In this document: in pieces, positions 23,267 through 53,000 of the stretch | Layout of the letters: every line of letters begins with the position of its first letter | Numbering within the stretch: the stretch's first letter is position 1 | Assembly: GCF_001949145.1 (NCBI RefSeq) | Contig: NW_019091362.1 | Span: 1,557,838 to 1,621,837 of the forward strand | Direction: 5' to 3' | DNA: 64,000 nt | Origin: Acanthaster planci | Lineage: Eukaryota | Translations under genes and position numbers: made by a program | Notes under the pieces: generated by a model | Databases searched by the model: none | What the model was told of the DNA's origin: nothing | The model's input: only the letters and a program-made list of their open reading frames with translations

Positions 23267-24255
23267 TCACGGTGAGACTTTGTTTTCTGCAAAAATGAGA
23301 AAACGGACATCTTGTCAAGTGCATGTATTTACTATTTGATCCACGGTTGTGGTTTATTTGTATGAATTGTTCATAAGTATGAATTGAAATGTTTACTGAA
23401 GAAATTTAATGTGAAACAAGATATTCATGAGGCTAATGGGTAAGGAATATTCTCAAACCTGCGTGCGACACCATCATTGGTTGACAACTTGTCTTCGTCA
23501 GTGTCAAGTCTGTTAAAACCAATGTTTGAAACAGCCCCCCCCCACATCTTATGCAAAAGCTTTTAAAATGTCACCACAGACGTACGTGTACTGGTTTGAC
23601 CATTTGATTTCTTCAAATTGGAGTGCATGTACATTGTAGTTTTTTACCCTCTTGTTTTCAAGCAATATTTTGCTTAATCACACGCGACTAGTTATAAATG
23701 AAATAAGATATTCTTTAAACACTTACTTGCACTTATGGCCACAACTATTGCAATGAATGCCCCTAGAATGACGCCACCGACCACCAGACCAAGTAAAAGC
23801 CCGTAGAGCTTCCTTTTAGCAATGTTGAAGTATACATTTCTTCCCGGTTCGTAATCCTTGAACAAAGACGATGAAAAGAATGCTAATTCGAAACCGCGGA
23901 GACAACAAAATCTTTGAGACTTTATGAATAACGCCTGCAGGTGGACTTGCTCTCCACATCTGAGTATCCTGTGAGGAAGTTGATAGATTCTGAGGGGTTT
24001 TTACCCCCCCCCCCAAAAAAAGTAATGAAATAATCTTGCCTTATACTTTTTCCAGTGGATGGAATAAATATTTCCGATATTTATGGATCGAATCAGCCTC
24101 ACTACTTGGTGTCACTTTACAATCAAGTTCAGAGGGCCAACACGAAATACAAGGGAAAGCGTCATTTTCAAGTGAACAAAAAAATGTACATCGACAGAAT
24201 AAGATTAAAGATTGGGAAATGGTTGTCTCACCGGCGGTCGTAACTCCGGTTCCAT
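23267..24255 (-). CDS. Predicted 74-aa single-pass membrane microprotein with PPxY motif (4 coding exons)
   Basis: Exons 24255-24232, 23856-23727, 23509-23459, 23286-23267 with canonical AG/GT and phases 0,1,1 give MEPELRPPDYEPGRNVYFNIAKRKLYGLLLGLVVGGVILGAFIAIVVAISANLTLTKTSCQPMMVSHAENKVSP*. Kozak GAGATGG. Upstream non-coding exon donor AG|GTAAGT at 25196/25195. Confidence 0.65.
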
Positions 24256-26879
24256 CTCGTACCTGGAGGCAGCATGCAGGGAGGGATTGTACGGGTGTAT
24301 TCTGACCGAGTCCGGTGTCTTCCCTTTCAAACTCGCTAAATCCACCGCTCCTTTAGTGAGAGTCGGTTTGGCAGCCGTCATGATAGCATTAATGATTTAA
24401 TCCCCCTCAAATGTGGGTCCAATATTTTGTTGTCCTCCAGAAGAACCGAAATGCTGGCTTAGAATTTTGTGTAACCTCGGAGGGCTACCACTAGTCTACT
24501 GTGTCGAGTCAGGGCTTTGAAAGCACCGCAAGGAAGCTACATCGTGTATTTGAACACATTTTTGCGTATTTTGCCACACATTACAATCTCTTCAGCTAAA
24601 TATCTCTTTAACGATGACTCGGCTGGTCTCTGGTTTCTCCTCAAACGTGACTGCAAATGTTTACCTCGACGCAAAATATTGGAAATATCTCCACACCCTT
24701 GCGTCAATGGTTGCCAACGTCAACGTCAGAGAGAAGCTCTGAAAATGATGGGCGGGATTTGTAATGCTTTGTGAATAAATTCCCCGAGGTCCAGATACTC
24801 GTCATGCGTTTGGTAGCATTTTGTCGTCTGCTTTACCCCGCTTGTTACTGCTACATATCCAGAGAATAAGGCCTTCGTAGTTCAGTGCAGATGTCGAGCC
24901 GACCCTGTGACATTAACCAAAGAGGAATGAGCCTATTCCCTGCAATAGCAATGCAGGTCGTACTCGATAATCGCACAAAGACTCAAACAAAAAGCCCACA
25001 GAAATCCGGCCTTGACGCAAACGCATTGGCCTTTTAACGTACACGCTGCTAAGGCAACCTTCGACTACTAGTATCAGAGAGCCTGCATGCGGTTATTCAT
25101 TAGCACCTGTAACTGTGCATTTTTTTTCTGTATAAACACCATCTGTTCATGGTTCATTAATGTGATAATGCACTTCGGAATCAGAGTAGACTTACCTTTC
25201 CGACCGATCGGAATGGGAGGACAGCTAGTAGAGAAAGCGGGTTGCTGAAAGTTACACGTCGATCTGCTTCCTCAGAAAACTATTTTGAAATTTTCAGTCA
25301 CGCCTGCTTGGTATTCCTATCACAATCATAACTACAAGAAAGTCGTGCAATGTAGGCTACGGTGTTAGTACTGGTATCCAATTAGCTGAAAGGGGCCAGT
25401 TATAGACATGTTGCCCGTTTTTTGCAATTTAAAAGTGCCAGATTATCAGAAACCGCACTTACCACTTTTGTGAGGTTTCTTTGCGGGTGAAACAAATTTG
25501 ACAGTCGTTCAGATAACAATATTCCATCTCCGGACTCAAGAACAGGATTATAATATGGATCAAATCACGATGAGGCGTTGATGTCTGAACCTAATTTGCA
25601 TCAGCTTAAATTTACCTTAAATCAAAATTTAACAAGAAACAATATGTCTTAAATGTGTGAATTAAGTCGACAAACACAATTTGTCCAGTATGTTTATGAA
25701 CGATTGTAGCAAGTTGCCTAGCCTTAAACTAGAATAGGGCTGCTTTGCCCAGAAATAGAGGGTTAGGTTTTGGCAGACTTAATTATATTAATAATAATAA
25801 TGAGAATATATAATGCGCCAAATCCGTCACAAGTGACGGTCGATCGAGGCGCAAAATACTTTTACGAAACAAAATACACATGGGCATATATGCATCAAAA
25901 ACAATATGACAGTTACTGACAGTTACTTATGTCGAAAGCAATATAAAAATAAAGAAAAAATAATCCACCTGGGATTCTACGCAGTTCCGTTTCTTTAATT
26001 AATCAAATAAATCAATTACAATAAATAGTTACTTACTCGCATTTCTTATGACCTTGCATCTCAACAACTGGCTTCACTTCGTGGCGCGCGCTCACGGGAA
26101 ATCGGGTCACCGATCGCCCGACCAAAAGAGGGAAAAAAACAAGCAAACAAAACAATACCAACAACTACACCCTACACACCAAGTAGACAAATGAATGGGT
26201 TTGTATATGCACTAATTTTAAAAATGCAACTTTGCTAACTTGAACTACCCCCCCCCTCCGCCGGGGTGGATGATGCTTCTGGTAAATTGGAATTGTTCCA
26301 TCAAAGTCCCACTTCGTGCTTTAGCACATCACAATCGGTTGCAGGCCAGTAAATAGGCCGAAAACTGCTTGCGCGAGCCAAATGTAGGCACTCAAATTCC
26401 CCAGGAAATAGAGCATTTTGTGGCCCATGAACTTGAAGATTTGTAGAAAAGACAGGTTTAGGCCTAGGTGGGCAAAGAAAAAACAGCTTGTGTCTCAGTA
26501 AAATGTGGAAGAAATCGGTGCCTGAAAACGGTTTATTTTTCCGAGAAGTGTAGGCATCGATATTTCAAAATGGTGAGGGGCTTCATGACTGCATTTTACG
26601 GGTGACCTGCCGTGGAAATTTCTTAAAAAGTCATCGGTTAATATATGGAAATTTGAACAGTAAATGAAAAATCATAAACTGGGCTTTAATTTAATTTACA
26701 TGATCTCGAACGTCTTAGAAACTCATGAGTATTTTTCCTGATTTTTTAAAGTTCAGATATTTATCACTATTGGCTATTTTGGCAGTTTTTACTGGCCTGC
26801 AACGCCTGCACAACATGTGAAATCAAAATACAAATTAAAGCGCCCTCAAGCGGATCTCTCTCAGCCGTCCCATCATGCA

Positions 26880-26960
26880 GTGGAATTCGCGCCATTGTAG
26901 TTTTTGTTGAAAGAGTGCCCTTCCTTTTCGGATAGATTTTGATATTTTCCAAAGGTGAGG
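26880..26960 (+). promoter_or_regulatory. Probable non-coding first exon / promoter-proximal region of EZH2
   Basis: YY1-like CGCCATT near 26889, tandem donors AG|GTGAG|GTAAGA at about 26955-26965. The EZH2 ATG exon starts with an acceptor at 30899, so an upstream exon is required. Confidence 0.4.
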
Positions 26961-27175
26961 TAAGACAATTCTATCAGTTCACGAGGGCGATTTGAAGTTG
27001 GAGGTTTTATTATAAGTAGTACTGAAAATTTTACCACAAAAAGGAAAATTTGTCAGACAAAACAGCGTTCTTATTTGACCTCCAGGTCTCCCATGCATAG
27101 CCAGCACGCGTGTACGTGTATGGCGATTAATATTGGCGGCGAGCACACAGGCATGACATATCGTGGCCACCTGAC

Positions 27176-28122
27176 CAGGTCATGGAGAAAGGACACAGGA
27201 GTTGCAACTTAGGCACTTAAGTGTTCAATGATGGTCGCTGCCGGGTCAGACGAATAATAGAAGACATTCAAAAAAATTCCTGATTACTGCCTGCATCTTA
27301 GCTTAGCCGGACAAGCGAGGCCAGTAATATTTCCTAGCAACATGAGAAGTTGTAGTTTTTTGCTTGCAGTTAAATAAAAATTATCGCTGTGACCAGGAAA
27401 GAGAGAGAGAAAAATCCCTGATATTAGACCTTCTTTTGCAATCATAAATAAACTTTTTAAATTTTGGTACACTGTTCCACTATCCATGCAAAGTTTGTAA
27501 TTTTATTCTCCTCCGTCCAATACATCAGTGTTCAAAGCATTGGTATGAATTTGGCTAAGACTGGCCAACAAAATGTTCACTACTACTGGAAAGTTTAGTT
27601 CATTCGGAACAAAATGCGCTATTTCATCACAGGGAGTGATTGTGAAATCTCATAAAATACGCTTTTGTACTAATGACATAATAAAAGTGATTCAAACAAA
27701 ACACAAAATCTTGTAAACAACCGGGCTATTTATTCCCAAAACAACTCCAGAAGAAAGGGCTCATTAAGGGCAATGACTGCACATATACATGTAGATTTAG
27801 GGCACACGGTATAATGCAAGCAACTGTGCAAGCATTAAATTTGATGTTGTCATGAGATCCTACCAGGTACCAACAAAGGTATGAATATTCAATGTCCTAT
27901 ACCTCAGTACACGAAGTTTTAAGGATGCAGACTACCAGCAAAAAATTGCTGCGGCAATCATAGGGTACAAAGGGATTTTGTGGTTATGAAACAGTTGATG
28001 CGTAGCAAGCATTCGCTGCGCTCTGGCTATGGACATACCAGGCATGCCAGAAAGCGGTAATTGGCCAGATGTTACAGCCAGGACAGTTTAAACTCCTTCT
28101 GTGTCCTTCCTCTATGATCAGG
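27176..28122. mobile_element. ~950-bp non-autonomous DNA element with ~30-bp imperfect TIRs
   Basis: Left TCATGGAGAAAGGACACAGGAGTT, right AACTCCTTCTGTGTCCTTCCTCTATGA. Confidence 0.55.
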
Positions 28123-30914
28123 TTGAGGGACCAAGGCCTTCGCTCAATTTAGCGACATCGATAGAATCAGCTGCATACTTCACCTTAGGCCATGACAATG
28201 AAAGTTTTAGATTTGCGCCTGGCATGCCCTGAACATTTTGGAACAGCTTGTTGCTTTTTTCATTTATTCATTTGGCTCTAGGCAGCTAGGTGCGGCCTAC
28301 TTCAAGAATTCAAAGTCATTACTCCATGTGACTTTGAGCGCACTTTGTTTACATGGTACGGTGTCACTGTGGGGTTTTGAAAAATGCTCTGCTAGGGTCA
28401 GGTAGTTGTAGATGAGGAAACCTTCGTTTGCGCTTTCTAGTGCAAATCTACCCCTAATCTAGTTCTACCTACCGGTATATTGAACACCCTTGTGTATTTT
28501 GTAGAATTTAACCTACTTCTGGGAAATCTGTGGTCAGGGAACCTTACTAATCATATCAGCATCGTGACATGCCTTGTACATAAATCAGTCTGGCAACCAT
28601 ACCTTCAAAATATTGCCCATTGCTAAAATATGGTGGGGACGTGTGAAACTACATGTAGACTTATTGACAACTGGCGATATACTACTGTACAAACCAATGG
28701 CACTTTTGTTTTGTAAGATGTTTGAAACTTGTTAAAATCATCTGAAAACTGTGCTTGTGGATTTCATCAAGGGTTTCCTGGAAGGAAGGATTGTGTCAGA
28801 ATAAAACCCTAGGATTCCTAAACTATTTTTAATATATATATTTAATCCACATTTGTGGAATTTTTTTGTTCAAAGTGAATTGCGCAAATTTTGTACACTC
28901 TTACGGTGTGCTTGGCAACAACGGTTGCAAATCGTATCCAAAACTACATTTTAAGTAACATTTGAAGTGTTATTATGCCCAATCTATACTTGTTATGTAC
29001 AAGAAATAGCCAATTGCAAAGCGGATGAAGATGGCGTTTTCTGGCACCTGGATGAAAGCTACCATGATGCCGTGGAGAAGTAATGACATTTCTAAATACG
29101 AATTGGTGGCGGATCTCATTTGTGGAGATCTTTCTCTATATTCTAAACTAAACTCTAAAGGGAAGAGGGGAGATAAAACAACAGTTTAATTAACATTAAT
29201 TATAATGCCATTAATTACTGAAAAATAGCCAGCGGTTACACAAGTAATAACAATCATGTTGACTAGATCTTTTTTTTCATTGCTCACATAAAGTTGATCT
29301 TTCCTTGATGGATGGCCCTGTTCTAGTAGTGACAGAATCTTTCTTTTGTTTTATTCATCTGTATAGAACAATATATTTTAGTTCGTTTGATGCTAAATCT
29401 TTGAGTTAATTTCAACATGATATTCCAGGTATTTAATGAGTTGTGAAATGACTAGTCCTAAAAGACTTCAATTTGGGTCACAATTTTCTGATATAATATG
29501 TAGGCCCAGGACGCTTAGACAGGAATTCCCCCCCAAAATTCAAAACTTTATTGGTATATATCTGACTGAGCTGATTCTTGCATTGTTTTATTGCATTTGT
29601 GAAGCTCTTTCCAATGACAACTGCTTTATTTTCGTGACTCACACTTGAACATTTCATTTCGCATACCTATTCTGGTGCTTGGATTTCCCTTGCACAGACA
29701 AGCCACCATCACTGGGAGACATCTGGTAATTTTTTTTTTCAAATGTAGGGTTACAGTGGGCTTAAGGATATGAAAGCCCAATCTCTGAAGGATATATCAG
29801 TGTGAGTTAAAATGTACATACTTTTGTCTTTTGGAAGGACTGTAAGGCTTCAAAGTTTGTGACACTTCTGTTGTTAGGATTTCAGGTATTAACCTCCTGC
29901 ATTCAAGTAGGGCTGTGATGGTGACAGTATAAAGACAGGTGTCAAAAAGCCATGGCTCTCAGACAAACCCAATACTTTCATCGATCTAAATCTTCAATAA
30001 AATGGCAATGATTTTTCGGATTGAGACTGCTTATGCTCCCTATCATCTACATGTAATAGCAGTATTCCTTTCAGCCATGTTAGACCATGTCTGACAATGT
30101 CTGACCATTTGCAGTGTTTGAATACTGCCGAATGACCAGGCAGTAGGCATGCCTTGGGTTGGGAGGAATGTAACATTCTGACTCCACTTCAGTGGTTGTG
30201 TACGAAGTCTACGGGTAGTCAAAAAAGGTATGAATATTTCCAAACACAATTGCGACGTATCTTTCAGTCCCATGCTCATTTCTTTTCACCAATGCCTGAT
30301 GTTTATTGAGATGATCGTAGGTCTTGTGAAAAAAGTGGAGGCAGGATGCGACATTCTTTCCATTGGGCCAGTGGCCTACATGCACATGTACATTTTGGAT
30401 ATTGGCTCAGCCAGTCTCAAAGGTGAAGGATATCTTGGTTTCATTGTGTGACTGCACTGTATTTTGTAGGGATAGATAATCCTGCACTGGGAAGTGCAAT
30501 GTCAAGTGTCCCATTGATAGCAAGGCGCAGTCGTGTGATGAAAACAAGATAGCACTATACCCCAACCTTTGAAAATGGTCGAGGCAATATTTAGAGGTCA
30601 GCCATTGACCCAACATATGGTTATCGTCGTGTCAGAAGTGTGAGGTTGATGAGTAAAAGCTCTGAGTTTTCAAAAATTTGCTGGTCCAACGTATAAAAAC
30701 TGTTGGAAGTAAAAAAAAAACAAGTGACTTACCAAACAAGTAGGACTACTACAATTACAGAATTGCCTAGGAATCCGTCCTGATACTGAAAAGTACCACT
30801 TTGTGGATTGATGTACTCGTCTGATGGTTTCTCGTTGTCCTTCTTGTTGTCCATGCTCATTAACATTTGACCTTTTTGAATTAGCATTCTTTGCCCTAGA
30901 GAAGCCAATCAGAG

Positions 30915-47271
<16,357 letters not shown>

Positions 47272-48622
47272 AATGATGAGGTCAAGGGTCAAGGTGGTGA
47301 ATAGCACGCCGCAGGGGAAAAGAAACATACAGGGCCCAGACTTAAAATTTCTTGATTAATGTGGTTCTTTATGTAAAGTGAGCTTCAGTGTTTCAAAGCT
47401 TTTTTTTTCTTTTTTACAACTTCTTGCTGCAGAAGGTATGAATCCTGGACTGAAAATTATGCAAGTATTAAAATGAAATGCAAAATGAAACGCCAAAAAA
47501 TTCTCTTAAATTTTTTGTTTCATCATTTTTTACATTTAGGTTTTGTTCGATTATTCCTTAATTTGGTTCCTTAAATGTCGAGCAGTCTATCTACAAACAT
47601 CAAAATAGGGAATTTAAAAATATTGGAATTGTACTGTCAGTATTTCAAGGCAATTTTATTTTTTAAAAATAAACGACTTTGGAAATAAATTACAATTGTG
47701 ACAGTACACTTTGTTCACTAAATCTTAGCTGTATGAATTTTAATATCTGATTCAGTTGCAGTTAGTACAGATTTGACAGGAAAGTTTCATTATTGTGAAG
47801 CCCATTGAAGATGTGGACGATGTATTTTGGGCTATCATTTGTTAAGAGAGATGAAAAGTAAACAGCATTTTAACAGTACTTTTGGGTTGAAAACGTATGA
47901 ATTTATGATACCTGTGCTCAGGAATTGAAATGGTCATTGTAGTCATAATCAGAGGATCTTAGAAATAGCCATTAGGATGGCGCTAGGAAAGGGATTTATG
48001 AGAACAAAGTCATTGAAACTGATACGTCTATCTCATTTAAAAGTTCGGAGATATGCGATTTGACAAATTTACTTCAAAACGGAAAGTGGTTGTGATTGTG
48101 TCTCTTCTCCTCAGACCGCTTAGACTGATCTAAGATTTTTATTACAAATGTTCCCAATTTTGAGGCAGATTTTAGCTCTCTTTTTTCACCATGTGCTAGT
48201 GTTGTGGTTGAGTCCATCACAAGTCATCCAGTTTTAAGTCACAAACCTCCCAAATGAACTGTTACAAAAATTATGCCTTTGTGACCGTCCACCCATTACT
48301 TGTGACTGGTCTTGTGAAAGGACTTGTGGTGAACACGCATGATGCGGGTCGTTGGACTAAAGCAAGTGGCATGTCCGAAGTTCTTGTCTTGGTTAATAGT
48401 TGGGTGAGTGCCGGAATGGAACGCAGGCCCACATCATACTAACTCTGCTGTTCAGCTTGTTAGAGATTGATTACTGAAATGAATTGTTTATTTGGCATAG
48501 TTGTAAATGACTTGAGTTAATGTCTCGACTTGAGTGCAACTTGAGTCACAAGTTTTAGAAACTCAACTGGAGTCCTGACAAATAACGACTTGAGTCACTG
48601 CAAGCAAATTATTCAACTTGAG

Positions 48623-48716
48623 GTCCCTCATCAGAAGACCTGACTCGAGTGAAAGTTAATGTGACTCGAGTCCCTCATCAGAAGACCTGACTCGAGTGAA
48701 AGTTAATGTGACTCGA
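48623..48716. repeat. 47-bp exact tandem duplication inside a GACTCGA-rich element
   Basis: GTCCCTCATCAGAAGACCTGACTCGAGTGAAAGTTAATGTGACTCGA x2. Confidence 0.85.
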
Positions 48717-50092
48717 GTCCCTAAATAAAAGCAAACTTCTCTGCAAACAATTCTTCACAATGACTCACAATACCAGATAAGTACTTTCATGAGTCATCAA
48801 GAGTAGGATGTGGTATGACCTCATGCTGTAAACCTAGAAGTAAATTTTAAAATGCCGAAAAGTAACTCTTGTTTTATTCATTGTACCATGCTCAAATATT
48901 TGTGACTCAAATTGACTTGAACTAAATACTCTGACTCGACTTTTTTGCCTACTAACTCTATTTGTGTTGAATGACAAGAATTTGTGACTCGTTACAACTG
49001 TGATGTAGGATATTTGCGGAGGGGCGGCTTCTATGAAATAGTTGTTCTAGTCTAAAAAATAATACTGGCATTCCTGTGCAAGACAAGTTGACACCGAGAA
49101 GAGATCATAAATTTGTACTGCGTAGAAATGTTAATGTTTTTATTGTAAAGAAAAGTTCCAGTTTGTAGTAAATGTACAGTTTTGTACACTACTGGCATTC
49201 TCATGTCAGATTTACATCCGCTTTGTGAGTGGTTTTTAAAAAAAGATCACCTAATGAGAAAAGTGTGAAGATCATGCTGTTCCTTAGGACAAGTTTTGTT
49301 GATAGCTTTATGAATAGGTTACTTCAGGATTTATTCATGGTGCAAGCCTGAGGTCAAACTACTCCAGTGGCCCTCTTGCAAACCTGGCCATTACTTAATA
49401 ATTCTCATTTAATGGGAAAAAGGTTATTCCGATGCATGAGTATAGTTTACTTCAAAATGTATCGGGCCCTTGTTCTGTTTCACCTCCATTGAATACAGTG
49501 TTCAAGTTAAATACAAAATGTCCCTGAGACAGTACATTTCACCTTTTGAGCCTTAAACATGACATTTACAAGAAGTTGGAATTTAACATTTTGAATTCAG
49601 ATTTAATTGTAAAGCTGCTTAATGTGACGATTTCAATTTCTGCAGAAATTAAAATGAAATGTTTGTCTTTCACGCATTTGAACAGGAAACCTTGCACCGA
49701 AATCGAACTCGAAACCCCTGAAATAAAAGTTGGAAAGTGGGAAATGATTTATAAGTACGCGTGATTGACTTCACGAATGGTACTAATTTCGAGTAGATCA
49801 GCCTGTAGAGCTAATGATCAACCCTGTTCCTGTTAATTTGTGTTCATCTCCGTGGCTAATACACCCCCAACCGTACCGCTGGGGAGGGGAAGCGTGCTGA
49901 CGATCCCATCCACCGAGGGGTGAAGGTTGAAGTGCGCCACCTTCTGGTTTTGCCATAAACCGCAACGATAACATGCTGCATACGGGGCCGGGGTTGCACA
50001 CCTGTTGCACGCGTGCTGTCGACGGTAGTTGAGCATTCAAGCTCATCAGCTGTCATCTTGGGTATTGAAGTGACTCAAGTAAAGTGCAACAG

Positions 50093-53000
50093 ATGGCGCG
50101 TAGAATCGAATCGAAGCTATGGGTACCGCGGGAGTTCGTCATCGTCATTCTGGCGCTTTCTCTCTGCAGAGTTAGTTTTTCACAACAGGATGAGCAAATA
50201 CAAGCTCAGCACCAAACAGAAGGTCAGTCGTTACAGTGCAGTTACTTGCCGCTTTAGATCGACAAACCAGCTCCAACACATCAGGCTTTTTGCAACACTG
50301 ATTTGCATTCAATGCCCTAGGCCAAACAAAAGTTTCAGGTTGGTCCAAAAGTAATGTAAACAAACTTTTTTCCATGTATTATAATTGATATTAACTGACC
50401 TAGGTAGCACTGAATTCGACAAGGAGGTCAGAACTAATTGTAAGCTGTACGTTCTTATATGGAATGTTGTGTTTTCAACAAATTTCGGTCGTGCTGCGAA
50501 GGTTCTTTCCCGAGTCAAACAGTAGTCTTGCCGCCGTAATCGCTGTATGTGACCTTGCCAACCTCTTTATGAGCTCACAAATCAATTCCATGAAACTGAG
50601 TGAAAGGCCAAGGGTAGAAGTGCTAGGGTTCAGTTTTGCTGCTGAGCACTGAACTGCATCCACAGAGTGCAGTATTCCCCCAATGACGCTTTGCCATGTA
50701 CTGAACCTGTAACCTCAGTCAGGGCACGGAGGAATAAAAACCCTCCGATTTACCCGTTGAATTGGTGAGTGGAAGAAATTGGAAGTTTAAAAATTGCAAA
50801 ATAAGTCCAGTTCAGAAGAATCTGTTCTTGAAATGCTTTCCTAACATTTTATAATTTGTTTTATTCTGCTGAAAAAAATCCCCTTTACTTCATTTTCCTG
50901 TTTAGTATTGGCTGGTAAATTTTAATCCTTTTACATGCTTATCCGGCATATAAAACAAGGAAGTTAATTTACAATAATTGTTCATTGAAGTTTGCAGCCT
51001 CCTAAAATAGTGTTATGAGACCTGTGAAGTGGTGTCTGCGTTCTTTTTTATTTTTACATAGTTTTGGTTTTTGTTCTGGTGTTTTCTTCACAGAAATTTA
51101 TGAGGAGATCTACGATAAGAACATAACTGTGTCTACTGATACAGATGTCTTTTTGGAATGTAGCATTGTGAGTCCTACTTACTTGGATTGGCAGAAGGAC
51201 AATAACGCCATTGAAGTGTCAAATGCCTACCACGAGGGGCGTGTATACATCATTAAGGGGGAGGGGCTTTTGGTCCTTAATGCCCAGTATGGCGACAGGG
51301 GTCATTACATGTGTCTTGCCATCAGGCATCATCACATGATCCAGGTGATGATCTTCCTGGATGTAGTGCCCTCTAGTGACGAGAATCGTCCGCTTCGTAG
51401 CTGTGAGTCTTGGTTTGTTCGGGTTATTTCAAACTTGTCTGTTTTTCTCTTTTTATGCAAAGTACAAAGGATACTGATTTCAGACTTGGAAAGGTCATGA
51501 AATTTTTCCAACACTGTGATTTCTGTTATCAGAAATATGTGCATTAAATGCGTGATTTTATTCGCAACTTTAAAAGTCTGAATAGTCCAAGAATTTGCAT
51601 TATCGGGTCATGGATTTTCATAATATGGTTATGGAATTTAATTGTCCTTTAGGTGCAGAATTCCTGTTAACCCCTTTAACCCTAAAAGAGCCGGGGGGGG
51701 GATAAATCCATCCTTTAACATTTTTTCTTATATCGCTGCAGTGCTTTTTATTCGCAAACTAAGCCTTTGTAGTTTTTCAGTAATTCTTTGCAGTCATTTT
51801 GATGCCATCTTTGTGAAAATTGAACCTACTGTTCTCAAGCATGGCCCATTTCTCTGAGACAGGTCAGCCAATAAGGTTTTACTTTTCCACTGCTGTGCTC
51901 AATGTAAGCAGGCTGGTACCCTTGTGGCCTTCAACTTAAATGACCCTAACAACAAAACTCTATGGCAGATTGTGTTGACATTTCACATTTGTACTGATAA
52001 GGAGTGCATTCCAGTTTTAAAAAATCAGAAAAATGTTTTTATGTGGCAAAGGTGAGGTCCTGAACATTTCACTTGCCAAATTTGAGATCTCAACTCAGTT
52101 TGTTGGAGGAGACCACTCTTAAATATTGTGCAACTTAAGGAGAAGCCAGGTGATTTTAACTGGAGGCCAATAATGGATTGGCTCATGTACAGTTGTGTGA
52201 AAAGATTGACCATTCAGTAGTTAGGAGGCAGGACAGTGGATAGGATGCATAGAAACACAGACAAGTGGTCAGATTTTGGCCAGACTCAATGGATCAATGC
52301 AGTCCTGGAGGGTTTTGGTCTGGTTTCAGAGGCAGTTACTTCATTTCCTTTATGATACAAGTTCCCTACATTTTTGTGTCACTCATTGTATGGACAAGGT
52401 GTGTGTCAGTCCAAAATTACCTTTGCTGCTCCACGGAGGTTCTTGTTTCACCACAGGAGGATTGAGAGGTCATTTTAGGGAGGATTTTGCTTGAAAATGT
52501 GAAATGTTGACCAATTTTGGCTTTTAGAGACAATTACCTGTAGTTTGTAAAAGTAAAGATTGATGTTGAACATGGCATTCCTATTTCCTTTTTTGCACAT
52601 TTTCACCATTTTATTTTGTGATGTTTTCTCATAATAGTATTGGGAGTCGCAAATTTTCACTTGTCACCTTCCATCTGGTATTCACACTCTCCACAGATCC
52701 TGTTGAATGCGGTGTTCCACGTATCCGGGGTAAGATCATCGGAGGCAAAGTGACAGAGGAGGGCCAGGCACCCTGGATGGCGCTGCTGTGGAACACACGG
52801 GAGAATATGCACTTCTGCGGGGGGGTGCTGCTCAACCAGCGCTGGGTCGTGACGGCCGCCCACTGCTTTGTCCGGTTCAAGTACGACATCAAGGATCACA
52901 TGGAGGTCCGACTTGGGGAGTATGACCTCTTCAAGGTACATTTGATTTGGTGGCATCTCTTGTCTTTCTCTTCCAAGCTATGTACATTTGTCAAAGTTCT

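Noticed and set aside
24232..24381. Alternative longer minus-strand reading MTAAKPTLTKG...RSYDRR spliced to the acceptor near 23968, in frame with the same TM exon
   Set aside because: Formally open, but it runs through a polypyrimidine tract/acceptor and looks non-protein-like. The short PPDY model has better splice and Kozak signals. Not fully excluded.
47631..47645. GTACTGT (miR-101 seed match) and CAGTATT (miR-200/miR-8 seed match) in the EZH2 3' UTR
   Set aside because: 7-mers are expected by chance in a long AT-rich UTR, and presence of miR-101 in this lineage is doubtful.
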